Made by a program: the position numbers and the translations under genes. The notes beneath the pieces were generated by a model. That model was not told the DNA's origin. It did not search any database and saw nothing but the letters and a program-made list of their open reading frames with translations. A DNA stretch of 64,000 nucleotides from Ptychomitrium polyphyllum (taxonomy: Eukaryota), in the NCBI GenBank assembly GCA_973851085.1, contig OZ316776.1, positions 14,322,001 to 14,386,000 on the forward strand, in the 5' to 3' direction. Shown here one piece after another: positions 16,801 through 30,930 of this stretch. Each line of letters opens with the position of its first letter. The stretch's first letter is position 1.

Positions 16801-19800
16801 CATCCTAGAACGTCTGACCAGAGGCCAAGATATCCCACAGGAATACACATACTACGGAATCCCCTCCCCTTGGCTGCAGGTAAATTTATTCCCATCTGGC
16901 AGGTGGGGGTAGGAAACACTATTTGAAAGCGACGCTGCTTATTAAATTCAATTATCAGCGAGAGTTGTAACTGGGGTTGTGCCTCAGCAGTTCGTTGTAG
17001 TCCAAGGGATAGTCCCAAGCTTATAGAAGTACCTTGCAGAATTTGTTAGTACTAGTTGTTTGTTCATGCTTTTGAAGAGTTCCAACTCTGCTTGATAAGC
17101 TCCAATATTTAGTTTCATCAATATCCTACTGTGGACCCACTTCTATTTGCTCAATTCTTTATGGCGAGAATCAGGTCAAGACGATGCGCGTGCTGCAGTA
17201 CTTTCCTACCATTGATGATCCAAACATCAGAAAGTCTTTATTTGAGGTCAGTACTCTTTGAGTAACTTCTTGTTCAATCTGAGAAGAATCTCCTAGAGGT
17301 TGCTATTACCAGTACATGAGGGTGGTTAGGTGTAGTGATGAGGTAATCAATTTGCCTCTATTTAGGAGCGCTACTGTGAGGCTTTTATGCAAGCTGCCAT
17401 CCGCATCCTAGCTGCAATATGCAGGATAACAATGTTCCTTGCTTGTTTGTGTCATTCTGGGCTATCATGAGGTGTAAGTCGAGAATATAACTGAATTTAT
17501 ACTGAAATTGTATTATGAGGACTTGCTTGATATTTTTCTAAAATTGTTTCGTTTCTTACCTATATGTATGTGCTTTGTGTGCAGCTTTTGCAGCGCATTT
17601 TGATAGGGACTGACGTTGTGAAAAATGTTAATAAAAATAATGCTTCCCATGCTGTACTTTTTGAGGCACTTGCTTTGGTAAATATTTCACGTTATATGTA
17701 TTACTTCCATGTATTATCGTAGTGGTGCATCTTTTGGTCATATTAAACGTCACTTGAATGTCTTTCTAAGAAACTCTCATGCTCCTTTTGACCTGTAGCA
17801 AGCATTTAGTGTGAGGGCTGCAAATGTTTTTCCTCGCAATATCTGCTGAAATCACTGGTACGTGGTGTAGGTAATGCACATGGATGCTGAGAAGGAACTG
17901 CTGTCTCAATGTGTGGCTTTGTTGGGGAAATTTATTGCTGTACGGGAGCCGAACATCCGTTATCTTGGCCTGGTTCGGACATTCTCTTACTTATTCTGTT
18001 TTCTAAATGTTTTTAACCTTCTTTTTAGTCTCTGCTCTGTAGTCTGTTGTCCTTGATTCCTGATAGGGTTTCCCCAATTGCAGGAAAATATGACACGGAT
18101 GCTATTAGTTGTAGACGTTCAGGATACAATCAAAAAACATCAAGCTCAGATAATCACTTCCCTGAAAGACCCAGATATTAGGTACAGCTTCTAACACTTT
18201 TCCTTAGCATACATATAACTCCTAGACAATGCACATCAGACTCGCTACTTGTGATTTTCACGAACTGCTGGTATGCGCTTTTATCCTTTTTAGTTCAGTT
18301 TTATACCTTTTCTAATTTGAGATGTACTAACCGTGCATGATTTAAATTTTTCTCGGAAGAACGTCCATACTTTTGTACTGTTTGCCTTTATACTTTGATT
18401 AGGAAGAAAATAATCATTCACATCTGATGTGTGTAATGGGATGACAGTATTCGAAGGCGGTCTTTGGACTTGCTTTATGGCATGTGCGATGTCAGTAATG
18501 CAAAAGAGATTGTAGAGGAGCTGTTACAGGTCCGATATACTTATCACCTCGCTCCTTGATCTGTTCCAAAATACCTATACAATTCATGTGTCTTCACTAC
18601 CTATCTTTTATCGTTTTCCTCAAAGCTAATTCTGTAATTGGTGCAGTATCTTACAACAGCAGACTTTGGCATTCGAGAAGAGCTCGCCTTGAAAGCTGCT
18701 ATCCTCTCAGAAAGTTTTGCCCCAGACCTTTCATGGTACTAGTTTGATATAGACCTGTTGACTTTTGAACTATTCTTCTGTGTGGATTTTTTGTGTTTAA
18801 TTTTGTTTAGTTTTGTAATTATGATTTTCTGCTGCTTATAATGACCAGAAGTTTTTCTTCATTCACTTATCATCTCTTTTAAGGTAAGTCTTATCAAAAA
18901 TCGTCCCTCCCTACTACTCTACAAGATTTCAAGATGAAAATCTTGGACTATAGTAGAGAGAACAACTTTTCAAAAAGGGGTGCTTTTTGATACACCTACC
19001 TTATAATTGAGCACAGTTTCTGTAAGCTGCATTTGTATTCTTGGGTGCATCGAATTGGGATAGCTGCAGTTGCGTTCTGAATAAAAAACTGAAGCCTTCT
19101 ACTGTAGGTATGTGGAGGTCATATTGCAGCTCATCGAGAAAGCTGGGGATTTTGTTAGTGACGACATATGGTACCGAGTTGTGCAGTTTGTAACAAACAA
19201 TGAAGACCTTCAGGTATTGCTTTCAGGCAGCTGAACTAGTCTCTTTTGCAATGAGGTTGATGATCAATATCTTGTTCCTTGTCTTGGTTTCGTTCTGTGC
19301 ACATGTTACTTTTGAAACTTCTGATTTGTTGTGCGTTTTAACACATACCGGGCATTTATTTAAGTGATAAAGAACTCTGAGGACGTATAGTGAAGATTAT
19401 TCATAATTGGAAGAATGCGACTGTTTCATCGATAAGGATTGATCTTTTCTTGCAAATGCAGGCGTATGCTGCAGAAAAGGTTTTGGATTATCTTGACAAG
19501 CCAGCAGTACATGAAACGATGGTGAAGGTAAGCATAACACGTTCTGGAATCAGTTGTCATATATTCTGTGACATGCTATCTGTGACTTTATATTATAGAG
19601 TATGAAAAGATGCATGTCTTTAGTAGTGCATTTATGGATGGATCGTTGTGCCCATTGAGCTATCTGATCTAGTAATTATCCTAATTTATTTAGCGGATTT
19701 TGTAGTTACTCTACCAGAATGTGTTTTATCTATATTTTATAAAGGACCTTCATAAAAGATAAAAAGTTGCAACTACCTATCTGATCTGTTTATAGAGTAA

Positions 19801-22800
19801 GATTTGATACCACGCCTCTACCGCGGTTTGAAGTACCTGATGCTCGTTCAGGTGGCTGGATATCTGCTCGGAGAATACAGCCATTTGCTGGCCAGGAAAC
19901 CAGGTTGCACACCGAAGGACATATTTTACGTCATATACGACAAATTTCCGACTGTCTCGTAGGCACCCTACCATTTCTATTTTGTTTCACCAGGATACAA
20001 ATGCAATGTCGTTATGTGACTCTCGTTTCCCAACGAAGGAAAAGTTGTTCGACATGCTTATCACCATAACAAGAGCTGCATTTTCAGTATAGCTGGTTTA
20101 CATTTTAAATTAGTGAGATGCTATGAGGATCTTTGAAATTATCGTTTTTTGGTTATTTTCTAGTCTATTGAAGTCGTACATACCTTGTTGAAAATAACAA
20201 CTCGCTTCTTGCTGCAGAATTGGAACTAAGGCTCTATTACTTTCGGCCTTTGCTAAAATTTTGCTACACTCCCAGCCTCAAGATCCCGAGTTGCGGGATC
20301 GTGTTATAGAAGTATTCAAGAGGTGACCGTCTAAAATTCTAATGCTGTATGTCTGTGATGCCCGTTGAGTTTATGCAAATGGTGAAGGCGAATTCGGCAT
20401 AGGGTCCTCCGGAGCTATCATTCACTGTTTGACAAGCATTAGAATAGAGTGGATGCTTGATTTGTAGGGCGTGCTTTGATCATAGGTATTCACGCTTTTT
20501 GATCCTCGTAAGGTTGTTTACTGGAAGTCCTCTCTTTGCATTCTGTGGGACCATCTTAACTTAACAACCTTGTTGTTGGGTTGTTGGAAGGTATGAATGC
20601 TCGGTGGACGCCGATGTGCAACAGCGGTGCGTTGAGTATCTGATGTTATGCGAGAAAGGTCCTGAAATGGTGGACATCATGGCAGAGATGCCTAAATTCC
20701 CGGAACGTCAGGTTTGCTGTTGTAACTATCGTGACCTGAGAGATTTCTAAACTCTTGCAGTAAATAATCTACATTTAGTTGCAGCTCGTTGACGACTTGG
20801 GACGTAATTTCAATTCATTATTATGAAAAGCAAAAACATTAAGGAACGTGTGGCGTGCAAATGTTTACAGTCAACACTTCTTAAAAGGGCCGGAGATACA
20901 GAAGGAGATGCAGCAGAGGCAAGCGCTACAAAATTGAGGCTTCAGCAGCAAAATTCTATGGCATTGGTCCCTGTGGCTGAACCCCAGACGGCTAATGGAG
21001 CTGCACATCCTCCTATTTTGATACCATCTGTTGCTCCTGTTCAAACGGTATCACCAGTTATACTTCCCTTCGATGCAACAGTAGGACATTGAATGACGAC
21101 TGCACAAAACTTAATTATTAGTGTTAGGGAAGTAGTGATAGTTCAAAAATACTCAGTGCAAAGCATCTCGGGGTCATTAATGAATGAGTGCCAAGACTGT
21201 AGCATCTATTAACTATTTCAATTGTGCGTGTTTCAAATTAGTGCCATTGTCACTACTAGGCAATTTTTTGTGTACTTGTTTGTGTTACTTGTGTGCAATT
21301 CTTCTGTGCAGATTCTGACTGAAATCGTGGCTGGTGTTTATTCTTCAGGAACAATTAGCTCTACCAGAGCCTCCGTCATTAGCACATCAAAGAGCGTTTT
21401 CAAATGGACATGCTCATCCTGAGATTCCTCCAACAACAGCGGCGGCTGTGGTAGTCTCTTCACTGTTAGAAGAGCCCGTTACCGCACCAGCACTGGCACC
21501 AGCACTTGCACCTGCACTGGTACCAAAATCAGCACCAAGTGCGGTTGATTTGCTTGGAGACCTGCTTGCACCTTTAGCGATTGAGGCTGCTCCTGGCACT
21601 ATGCCATCCGACAACAACGCAGCTTTGGACCTGGGTCTCGATCCTTCTGCTTTGGCTCCTGGGCCTGCCTCTACTGCCCAAGTGTCTGGTTCAGCGGACC
21701 CATTAGCACTGGCTCTTTATGATGGTCCGGATACCAAAGTTCAGGTACGGATTTAAGATGGGGATGATACGGATTTTTGTGTCTCTCTATCTCTGTTGAT
21801 GCGTCAACTTTTCTAAATATTATCGTATCTTCTAATTCCTCCTATCTCTCATTCACAGCTTCATGCTTTTCATGTGTTGTACAGCCTCTTGGCAGTATTG
21901 AACATTGGTACAAGGCATTGATAATTAAAGACAGCGGGATTCTTTATGAAGACCCTTACGTTCAGGTGTGTCCATCTCCTTAATCGGAAACTTTTGGATA
22001 TTATCTTAATTATTATGTCTTTACAATTTAGGTGAATTGATATCTTTCGAGGTCTTCTTAAATGCAACTTAGGTTTAACTCGCATATCCATTCTGTTGTT
22101 AATAATTTTCATGAACAGATGATTGGGTCGTGTATGCAGTACGTCTATGTTCAGTCTTTCTTTTGTGTTGGTAAGCTTCTCTATTGATGGTGACACTAAC
22201 AATGGTCATGTGCAGATCGGAGTTAAAGCCGAATGGAGAGGAATTCAAGGGCGATTGGTCTTGTTTTTCGGTAATAAGCACACAGGGTCTTTAAGCAATG
22301 TTAAAGTTCTGATACTTCCACCCTCTCATCTAAGATTTCAGTCACCTCCTGTTCCTGATACTATTCCGCCAAGGGCTCAGGTGAGTTTATGAAACAAGAA
22401 CCTGAAATACTCTTCATTTGTAAAACACTGTGTCTAGCTGCAACTTAGCGGGCGACCTGTACTTGACGCTGGACCCTAGAGGAGGTTCTGATTGATTCAG
22501 ATATTGTATCAGATTTCTCAGGTATTGTAGTGTAAAAGTGCTGACTGTTCTGTATTTTATAGGTGCAATGCCCCTTCGATATTTTTTGCTTGCAAGCCAG
22601 CCGAGAGACTGCGGTTCTGGAATTTGCCTACAACTCTGGCACCACTCCTGTATGTCACTTTTCCATCTTTACAGCGCCTCCATGTTCCCCAATGAGTCAC
22701 TTGATCCTATTTGGAAAGTATTCTCTAACCTTTCAATGTTATTTGTACTTACTATGTGGCAGGTACGTGTAAATCTTAAGCTTCCAGTTTTGATGAATAA

Positions 22801-24385
22801 ATTTCTGCAAGCAGTACCTGTGTCTGCAAACGACTTTGTAGTAAGATGGCGAGCACTAACTGGTCCTCCCACAAAGCTCCAAGAAGTGGTAGGTATCAGT
22901 TCATCTTGTTTTGGTTGACACGTTCCTATTTACATGCATAGGTTTGATTTATACTTGGGTGAAATATCATTGAGCAACGTTATATGAATCCGACCTTGAG
23001 ATTGTACTTCAGCGCTTGCTTAGTCTGCTCTAGTTATCTTCATAGTTGTTTGTTTCTTCAAGAACTTATAGAAGAAAACCGCATGTTCGAATTTTAGGTG
23101 CGGAATGTAAGGCCCATCCCTCTTGCTGATATGGCAGCATTATTTAACAGCCTTCATATCGGTGTTGCTCCTGGACTGGTGAGTCATGGTGAACTGTGGT
23201 ATTCTTACCCCAGCAGGCTCTCAGTGAAGTTTCTTATTTTAGTGATGATTTATCCTCGATTTCTTGTACCAATTAGATGCTTTAAATCCCGTATCTTGTG
23301 TGTGGTATTGGTTTGCGTGTTAAGCCTAGTGCCAGAATCGTGGGATATGTGCTTCTTCTAGAGAATAAGCATGGTAGAGGCGCGCCAGATTGATCAGAAA
23401 TTGACTAGCTGTGCTAAATTTCTCATTGACAGGACCCAAATGTGAACAATATTGTGTGTGCATCAACATTCTACTCCGAATCTGCTCAAGCCACACTGTG
23501 CCTGGTACATGTTTTTACCTTGTTCCTCTTTTTTGTCTTTATTTTCTCTCGATTAGCCTTGAAGATGTTGACCAAGGTTCACATTCTGAAATGTTCTGAA
23601 TTAGTAATTAAGATGGGCGATTGCATTCTGTGACTTGAGCCTTCTTTTATAATTGGATCCTTAAATAGTTGAACCTCTTGTGCTACATTCTCTTCATCAA
23701 TTTGTGAATACATAGAATCGATTTGTGGGATAGAAAGGGATGGGTCATTTTACTAAGGTTTAAAATTCAAGTGGTGTTTTACAGGATTTCAGTATTTTTT
23801 GTTTAGTGGACTATTGAGTTGATTTAGTTTTTGCTAAAAGATTGTAGATATTCTGTACCATCCTAACGTCACACTAAAAGTTCTAGAGGGTGGCATCATT
23901 TCGATAGGCCATCGACATCTGATATGAACAGTATATTTGTTGGCAGATTCGAGTGGAAACAGACCCTTCAGACAGAACACAATTGCGATTAACAGTTGGT
24001 TCTTCAGATCCAACCACAACATATGAGTATGTATCTTATCGTTCACAGCTGCTATATTTTGTAGTTCTAAGCTGCATGTAGATTAGAGATTGTGAGTGGT
24101 ACTTGATCACATTATTAGGAAAATAGTGCTCTTCACGTTCTCTGATGGATTCAGGGCTCCAGATTTGTACCTATTTTAGCTTGAGAGATTAACGGAAAAT
24201 CGTGGCGCTTTCGATGTCTCAAGTGATCTAAGCAATGTGGTGGGGAATGCAGGCTTAAGGAGTACGTCAAAGAGCAATTGATTGATATCCGGACGCTAAC
24301 ACCAGTGTCACCTGCTATTCCAGCGCCTACTCCTGCTGCTTCTGGTTTGACTGGTCCTGCTGCAGTTCTTGCAGGTCTAATTTGA
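13815..24385 (+). CDS. AP2A: AP-2 complex subunit alpha (alpha-adaptin), about 27 coding exons
   Basis: Starts [43 protein letters not shown]. Later exons give [46 protein letters not shown] and [13 protein letters not shown], then a hinge with DLLGDLL, and an appendage ([37 protein letters not shown]). Stop TGA at 24383-24385. All introns read were GT-AG. Confidence 0.97.
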
Positions 24386-27052
24386 TGCATGTGTTGAATC
24401 CGTATCTATAATTTAGCATACTCTGAACATGGGTCTCTACTGGCACTCCACTGTGGGCGCTTGGGCCGGTTCGACAGTTTCAAAAGCTCAAGAAATTGGC
24501 AAGGAGAACCTAGAGGATGTACGAGGTGGGCTCAGGTTTTTTTGGGAACGAGTTTATTAATGATTCTGTCGCTGATCAGCCTCTGATTGAAGTTTGAATA
24601 TTATCATTCATTTGTTCAACCAGGTACCATTTTCAAGGTTCTGATGATTCTTTTCATCAGAAATAAGCAGAGTTGTACAGTTGATCAATTAGTTTCTTGA
24701 CCATTAAAGTGTTCCTGATCCCCTCAGGACAAGACTCCTCCAGCTTGGAGTTGAGATGTACTTCGTTAGATGGAGTTGTACGTATAATTAGGTATTGATT
24801 AACTGCAATGAGCTATGCAGATAGCCCCTGAACTGTCATTGACAATTTTGTTCACCTATTTGATACCCGACCTTTTTTCATTGATTCCCATTGGAGGGTA
24901 CATCTGGCGGAGCCTGAAGTGGATGGACCTTAGACGTTTTTAGTAGTAGATTTTTAAAGTCATTTACAGATGAATTTTGTTATGTTTAAATGCAGCTATA
25001 TGACGTCACGTTTGTGCTGTTGTCTACTAGGACAACGTACCTGATTTAAAACTGAGCCTTGTTTTATAGCTTTTCAAGCCCCAGTGAACATCTCTTGGTT
25101 GTTTGCTGTTTATCTATTTTTTCCTCGAATTGGAGTGTTTCTTGAGCTGCTAGAATTTGATTGTTAGTTTCTGGAATTACCAAGCATGTCTGCTTCTATA
25201 GTATACTGCTTGTATCATGATATTGATGTTAATACTATTTTTTGATACCATATTAGTACTCGAAGAACAAAATAGCGCCATCAATTATTATAGTTGGACG
25301 AATTGATTGTCCAACATTATGAGCACTTGATTTGAACGAAAACACCAGTCGTGGCTTTTCTACACAAAATTTTAAATTATCAAATATGATAAGTATTTCA
25401 AATGCAAGGCCTTATTTTGTAACAATGGTTTATTTTGCATTTAATAAAATGTTTATAATTGTAAAGGGGATCTTTTGCCTTCAATACTATCAAAAATCTC
25501 AAATGCTATCAAAAATCTCAAATGTCATAAGAAATAAATGTTAAGGCATTATTCATTTGAGGCAGTATTGGAGTGAAAGATCATAATGTAGGATTTGTAT
25601 TGGTGAACATTTAGAGTGAATTTAAAAGTGTAAGGGTGTCTTTTAAAGGTCTAGTATGTATTTGGAAGGTATTGAGATGCACTATGTGCATAACTTTATA
25701 ACACGTACCTTGAATATTATGTTAGTAGAATTTGGATTATAGGTTTTGGTTCACTGTCTGTGATTAACAAATGTTTTGAATATAGAAATTGGAATTTATG
25801 CTTTCAATAAGAATTGGACTTAGAATACAAATCTTGAAGGCTTATTGCTTATTAGAACAAAAGTCATGGAGTATTGAAATGAAAAATGTCTAATAGGTCA
25901 AATTGGAAGCATTTGTTCAAAATAAAAACTTGAGCTAAGAGAGATTTATGAGCAAGACATATGAGTCTTAGCCTACCACAAAGAGAAGCTTTGTACATAT
26001 TGAACAAGTATACATACATTTTGACACCAAGTTTATTCAAATGCCATTTAGTTCTTTTTAGTCCAAATCTTTGTCTAACGTTGTCTTCCAAATTGATGGA
26101 TCCTTCTAAATCCATTTACCAAAGCAATATGCATAATAGTATTTGTCTACATCCATTTGTTAGACCAATGGAATTCGTCGAGATTGAATCCTTATATGGT
26201 TCTTTGACCTTGTCAATACATATCATTTGATGGCAAATTAAAATTTATAAACAAGTTTAGAATACTAATGGATATATTTTCCTAATCACATTCAAACATC
26301 TAAAAGTCATTGTAAATATAAAAGCCCTAGGGAAGTTTAGAATGAGTAACCTTAGAATGAAGAGTTCATTTGGAATGAAGAATTTTTTTTAAAATAGTAG
26401 AAAATGATAAGTAGTTAAATTAATACAATATTGTTTTGAAAATTGTTGATGATTGAATGTGTTGCAATTATATAAAATTATAAAAAACTTTCATAACATA
26501 CTTTATGAGGTCCAAAATCTAATTTATTAATTATACTACAAAGAAGTGTATTGGAAAAATGGGAGAAAACAATACATTCTTGAATACATAAATTTCAAAA
26601 CTGCTAGAGTTTTAATGAGTTAGATGAATGAATTAAAAAAAATTCAAAATAATAACACCTTTGCTTCAATATCTTTATTGGAAGTGAAGTGACAAAATGA
26701 AAAAACTACAATAAAAAAAATAGCTTCATCAATTATACATGATATGCTATATATTACACATTTATACAAATTAGTATAGTATTAATCTGTTTTAATACCA
26801 ATGCTATTTTTACTTTGTTGTAAAATTCTTGTTTCTATTTCAATCACAAGTGACAATTTTCATATAATAGTGAAGATCATAAAGTTGCAAAGAATTTTGT
26901 GATTGATAAACTTGACAAATTTAAGAGTAAGAAAATGAATAGACTATTAGCCAATGAAGATGGATTTAAATGTATAAAAAACTATGTGGCAAAAATTGTC
27001 ATAAAACAATTTTATTTATGACTTGCAATTGTTTGAATCACATATTATGGAG

Positions 27053-27180
27053 TAAATTATATTAATATGAATGGCTTGCCTTTCTACAAACTTGTTGATA
27101 GTATTTTACTTAAAAATAAATTATATTAATATGAATGGCTTGCCTTTCTACAAACTTGTTGATAGTATTTTACTTAAAAA
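27053..27180. repeat. Perfect 64-bp tandem duplication
   Basis: taaattatattaatatgaatggcttgcctttctacaaacttgttgatagtattttacttaaaaa occurs at 27053 and again at 27117. Confidence 0.9.
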
Positions 27181-28874
27181 AAAATCTTAAGACAAACCTT
27201 AGAATTTACAAGAGATGAAATTTTGAATTGAATTGGAATTGGCCAAAAAATCAAATCTAAAAGATTTAGGCACAACATTTTAGAGTAGTAAAAGTCAAAG
27301 TGGACTTCAAAAGGTGAAGACAATATGATATGTGATGATTGTTTGAAAGTGATAGATGTTTTGAATATTGGCAAACATTAATATAGAAAGAAATATAAGC
27401 AATATCTAAATGATACTATGAATATTCAAATGTAGATACAATATTATCCAAATTCTATTTTTTCTTAATGCATAGGCTATTGTTATATTTAATAGATGAT
27501 AATCATTTAACTTTATTGGCAAAAAAAATAAAATGAATGACTTTAATTACAATAGTGTTATTTTATGTGATATCACATTTGCTACTAAAAATCATTAAAA
27601 AAGTAATTTTACATTTATTTGATCAATTATTTAAATGTACTTTTATATTATCTTTTTTTAAAATTATTTATTAAAAACTTTTTTAATATATATATTTTTT
27701 CAATAATGATTGTACATGAATATATGTTTACTCTTATAATATTTGATTCATTTTCAAATGGCATTTACGTAATATGGATTATTATTGGACGCATAAAGGT
27801 ATTACACATGGAAGTATGAATAAATGGTATTAAAAAAGAGTGCTCAAAACAAAAAAAGGTTGCAAACCAAATGCTTTTATAATAAACAATGCTAACTCAA
27901 AGATCAAAGTCATTGGATAAGTTTCAAGAATATAATGTTGTATTCATTCCTCTTTGTTTATCTTATGCAATTCTTATAAAAAAAATTTAAACATATTGTG
28001 TAATTATTGGATTCAAATCTATACTTCCATGTAGCTTCATAATGGTAGAGAAAGTATCTATTATTATAATATTGTATTTGTGACATATCAAATTGTATTG
28101 GCTTAAACACCTTATCAAAAATGTGTATAATAAAGCATCAAGGCATGATATTCTATGAAAACTTGATAAAATGGTGTAAGGGAATTTTTAGCAAATTTTT
28201 CATTAAAACATTTGAAATTGTTCAACTAAAAGTTTTGCTGAAATTTCAAGCCATATAGAGGTGGTTTAGTTTATTATTTGTTTTGTATCTACATGGATGA
28301 ATAAACTTGGTAAATAATTGTTTTGGACCTTTTTATTTCTCTTCTTTACATATTCTTTGTATTTTATCCTTTTGAGACAAACGTATACATTGTAAAGATT
28401 ATTAAAATTTAGAAATTTTTTGACACATATGTGTATTCTTCTTATTGATTTATCATTTCTTATTGTCAATTTTTATTTCTTACATTTAATAAAAATGCAA
28501 AAATGGCTACTCATAGACTTCTTCATATACAACATGATAACAATTTTATTATTGATTCTTACCGTGGCTTCATGAAACAAAGGCAAGCTTTGAGCAAGAA
28601 AATATTTGAGGCCTAAAAATTGGACTAATTATTTTGGATGTTGACTTGAAAACTTGCAGAGTATAATTGATAAGTGGGTTTATTGTGTATTGAAGACACA
28701 AGTTCTCATAAAAATGTGCAAAGAGATGACCTTACGTACAACATGATATTGAGGTGCAAAGAAATTGATGTAAATGATGTCATATTTTCGAACACTACAT
28801 TAGAGGCTAATGTTGTCTGTGATAAAAGCCATGATTCAAATCTGCAGTACCAAAATGGGCTTCATCCACACATA

Positions 28875-29663
28875 CAAATTTGCGATCCATTCATGGTGCA
28901 AATTCGCCATCCATTCATGGTGCAACTGGTAGGGTTTTGTGCTCATTCGGAGCAGCGGTGCTCAGTTGTGATGGAATACATGCGTGACAATCTGCGACAA
29001 CTGATTGAATCTCCTAATTTGGGTTTCTCTATCCGTGACACCGTGCTCATCATCATCAAAATTGCATTGGGCTTGCAATTTTTGCATTTTGCGGGTGTGA
29101 TGCATCGAGATTTGAAAGGTAGCAACTTACTGACAGAGGAACATGCCGATGGAAGAACAAATTTGAAAACTGTCGACTTCGGTGTGTCGCAATATGAGGA
29201 TGTCTCAGATTCAGGTGAAACACCCCCAAGCACCCTCGTAGCATTAGAGGAAGAAGTCCGAACTCGCACTCGAATTTCTACCCAAAATCCCTTGATTGGT
29301 GTAGAAACACGCTTCTGGCGAGCACCTGAAATTCATCCAACACCAGAAGCTAAAGCGTCCAAGATATTGCCCGACCTCAACGCAGCAGATGTCTGCAGTT
29401 TCGCAATGACATGCTACGAGGTCTTGACAGGAAATATTCCGATATTGGATTTAGAGGAAGATTTAAGGAAAGCTGGTAAGAATGATGATCTTCAAACTCA
29501 ATATGTTTAAGTGATTAAGGGGTACAGATCACGGTTGTCTTCTACTGTACAAGAGCTGAAGGCGCTCGTAGAGAAATGCTGGGATGGAGAGCCTGAACAA
29601 AGACCAAGTTTTTCGGAGATTTGCAAAAGACTCCAGGGGATTGAACAGGCATTAACAAACTGA
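28875..29663 (+). pseudogene. Intronless protein kinase (TKL/Raf-like) pseudogene lacking most of the N-lobe
   Basis: RHPFMVQLVG, VVMEYM, HRDLKGSN, DFG, FWRAPE and ADVCSFAMTCYEVLTG are present. An in-frame TAA at 29508-29510 precedes subdomain XI (LVEKCWDGEPEQRPSFSEI), which continues in frame to TGA 29661-29663. No GxGxxG or VAxK was found upstream. Confidence 0.8.
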
Positions 29664-30930
29664 ACCTCATAGAGTTCACTAGTTATGACGTTATGACGTT
29701 ATGACCTGATTAACTCTATGAGAAGTAGTTTGAGCCTTCGGTTCGTAGAGTTAAAGTTGTTTTGTATTGCATTGCTGTTAAAATTCAGATCTAAGGCGGT
29801 TGAATTTCACCTTCATTGGCCAATGATGACATGCTCGCTTATTTGGTTTGTGCAGGCCCTCTCTCCTCAGTCTTCTGAACTCAGCGTCAATTATCAGTGT
29901 GCAAATGTAATCGGTACTTCCTGCGGCATGGTTTATGTGCAAAGGTATGATTATAATAAAATCGCTATTTGTACATCAGTAACAGTTTCAGACATACTGG
30001 CAAAAGCCGACATTGATGAGAACAGATTCAGCTGGTCCTACAGTTTTTTGAGTACCAATCGATCACCACTGTATTGTAAATTCGGTCCGTAGTCAAAACC
30101 CAGTTTGAAAAGCAGAGCCAGTATGTAAAAATCTGTTCAAATCTTCACCAAAGGTATGCACATTACACTCACAGTTCCAAATCTTAAATGGTTTCATCTT
30201 TCTACTGTCTAATTCAAGAATATAGTTTCAACCCTACACATAGTATACCTAAAGGACCAGCTCTCGAAGATTCAGGACCTCTAAGTCTCCATCTTTAGAC
30301 AACGAATAAGAATGCTCGACAGCTTTAGAGTTTGCACGTTTTGAATCCGAGTTTGCCGATGTGAGACTTGCATGCGGGAGTTCTTACAGAAACTGACATT
30401 CGTAATTCTTGATCACCAGGAGGGTCATCATCACTCAGGTGATGAGTACACTACAGGTTTTTGACCATCTCAGCTCCATCCAAAAATTACTTCAACGAGT
30501 CTGGTACTGAGTCTGAAATCTATCACAATTCCGAATACCAGCTCGCCCGCCTCTTAGGCCAGCCATACAAAGCCGAGACTAAAGCAGAAAATAATCATTG
30601 GACATACACAAGAAAATCCTGTAGCCCTAACAATTTTGAGGAATCGGTGCTCCAAGATATAGAGAGAGCTCGATCAGTGCAAACTTGTGGCAGAAATCTG
30701 GCAAGCCTCGTACATTACAGGAAAGCAAGAGTGAACAAATTTAATGACCAGCACACGACCAAAATGAACCTACGTGAAGTTTTCTTTGCATGAACTAAAC
30801 TAATTGTATGCTAATGTAGAGTTAATCATGTGCAAGTTTTCAAAACAGGATAGCACACTCCATTAATCGTAATTCTGAGGATGCTTACCTTTCTACAATG
30901 ATCTACCAACATGCACAAAATTGCTATAAT

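Noticed and set aside
25860..27400. Possible hAT transposase relic (SITSDN-like motif)
   Set aside because: Only one or two very short motif resemblances in highly AT-rich decayed DNA; not supportable without a profile search.
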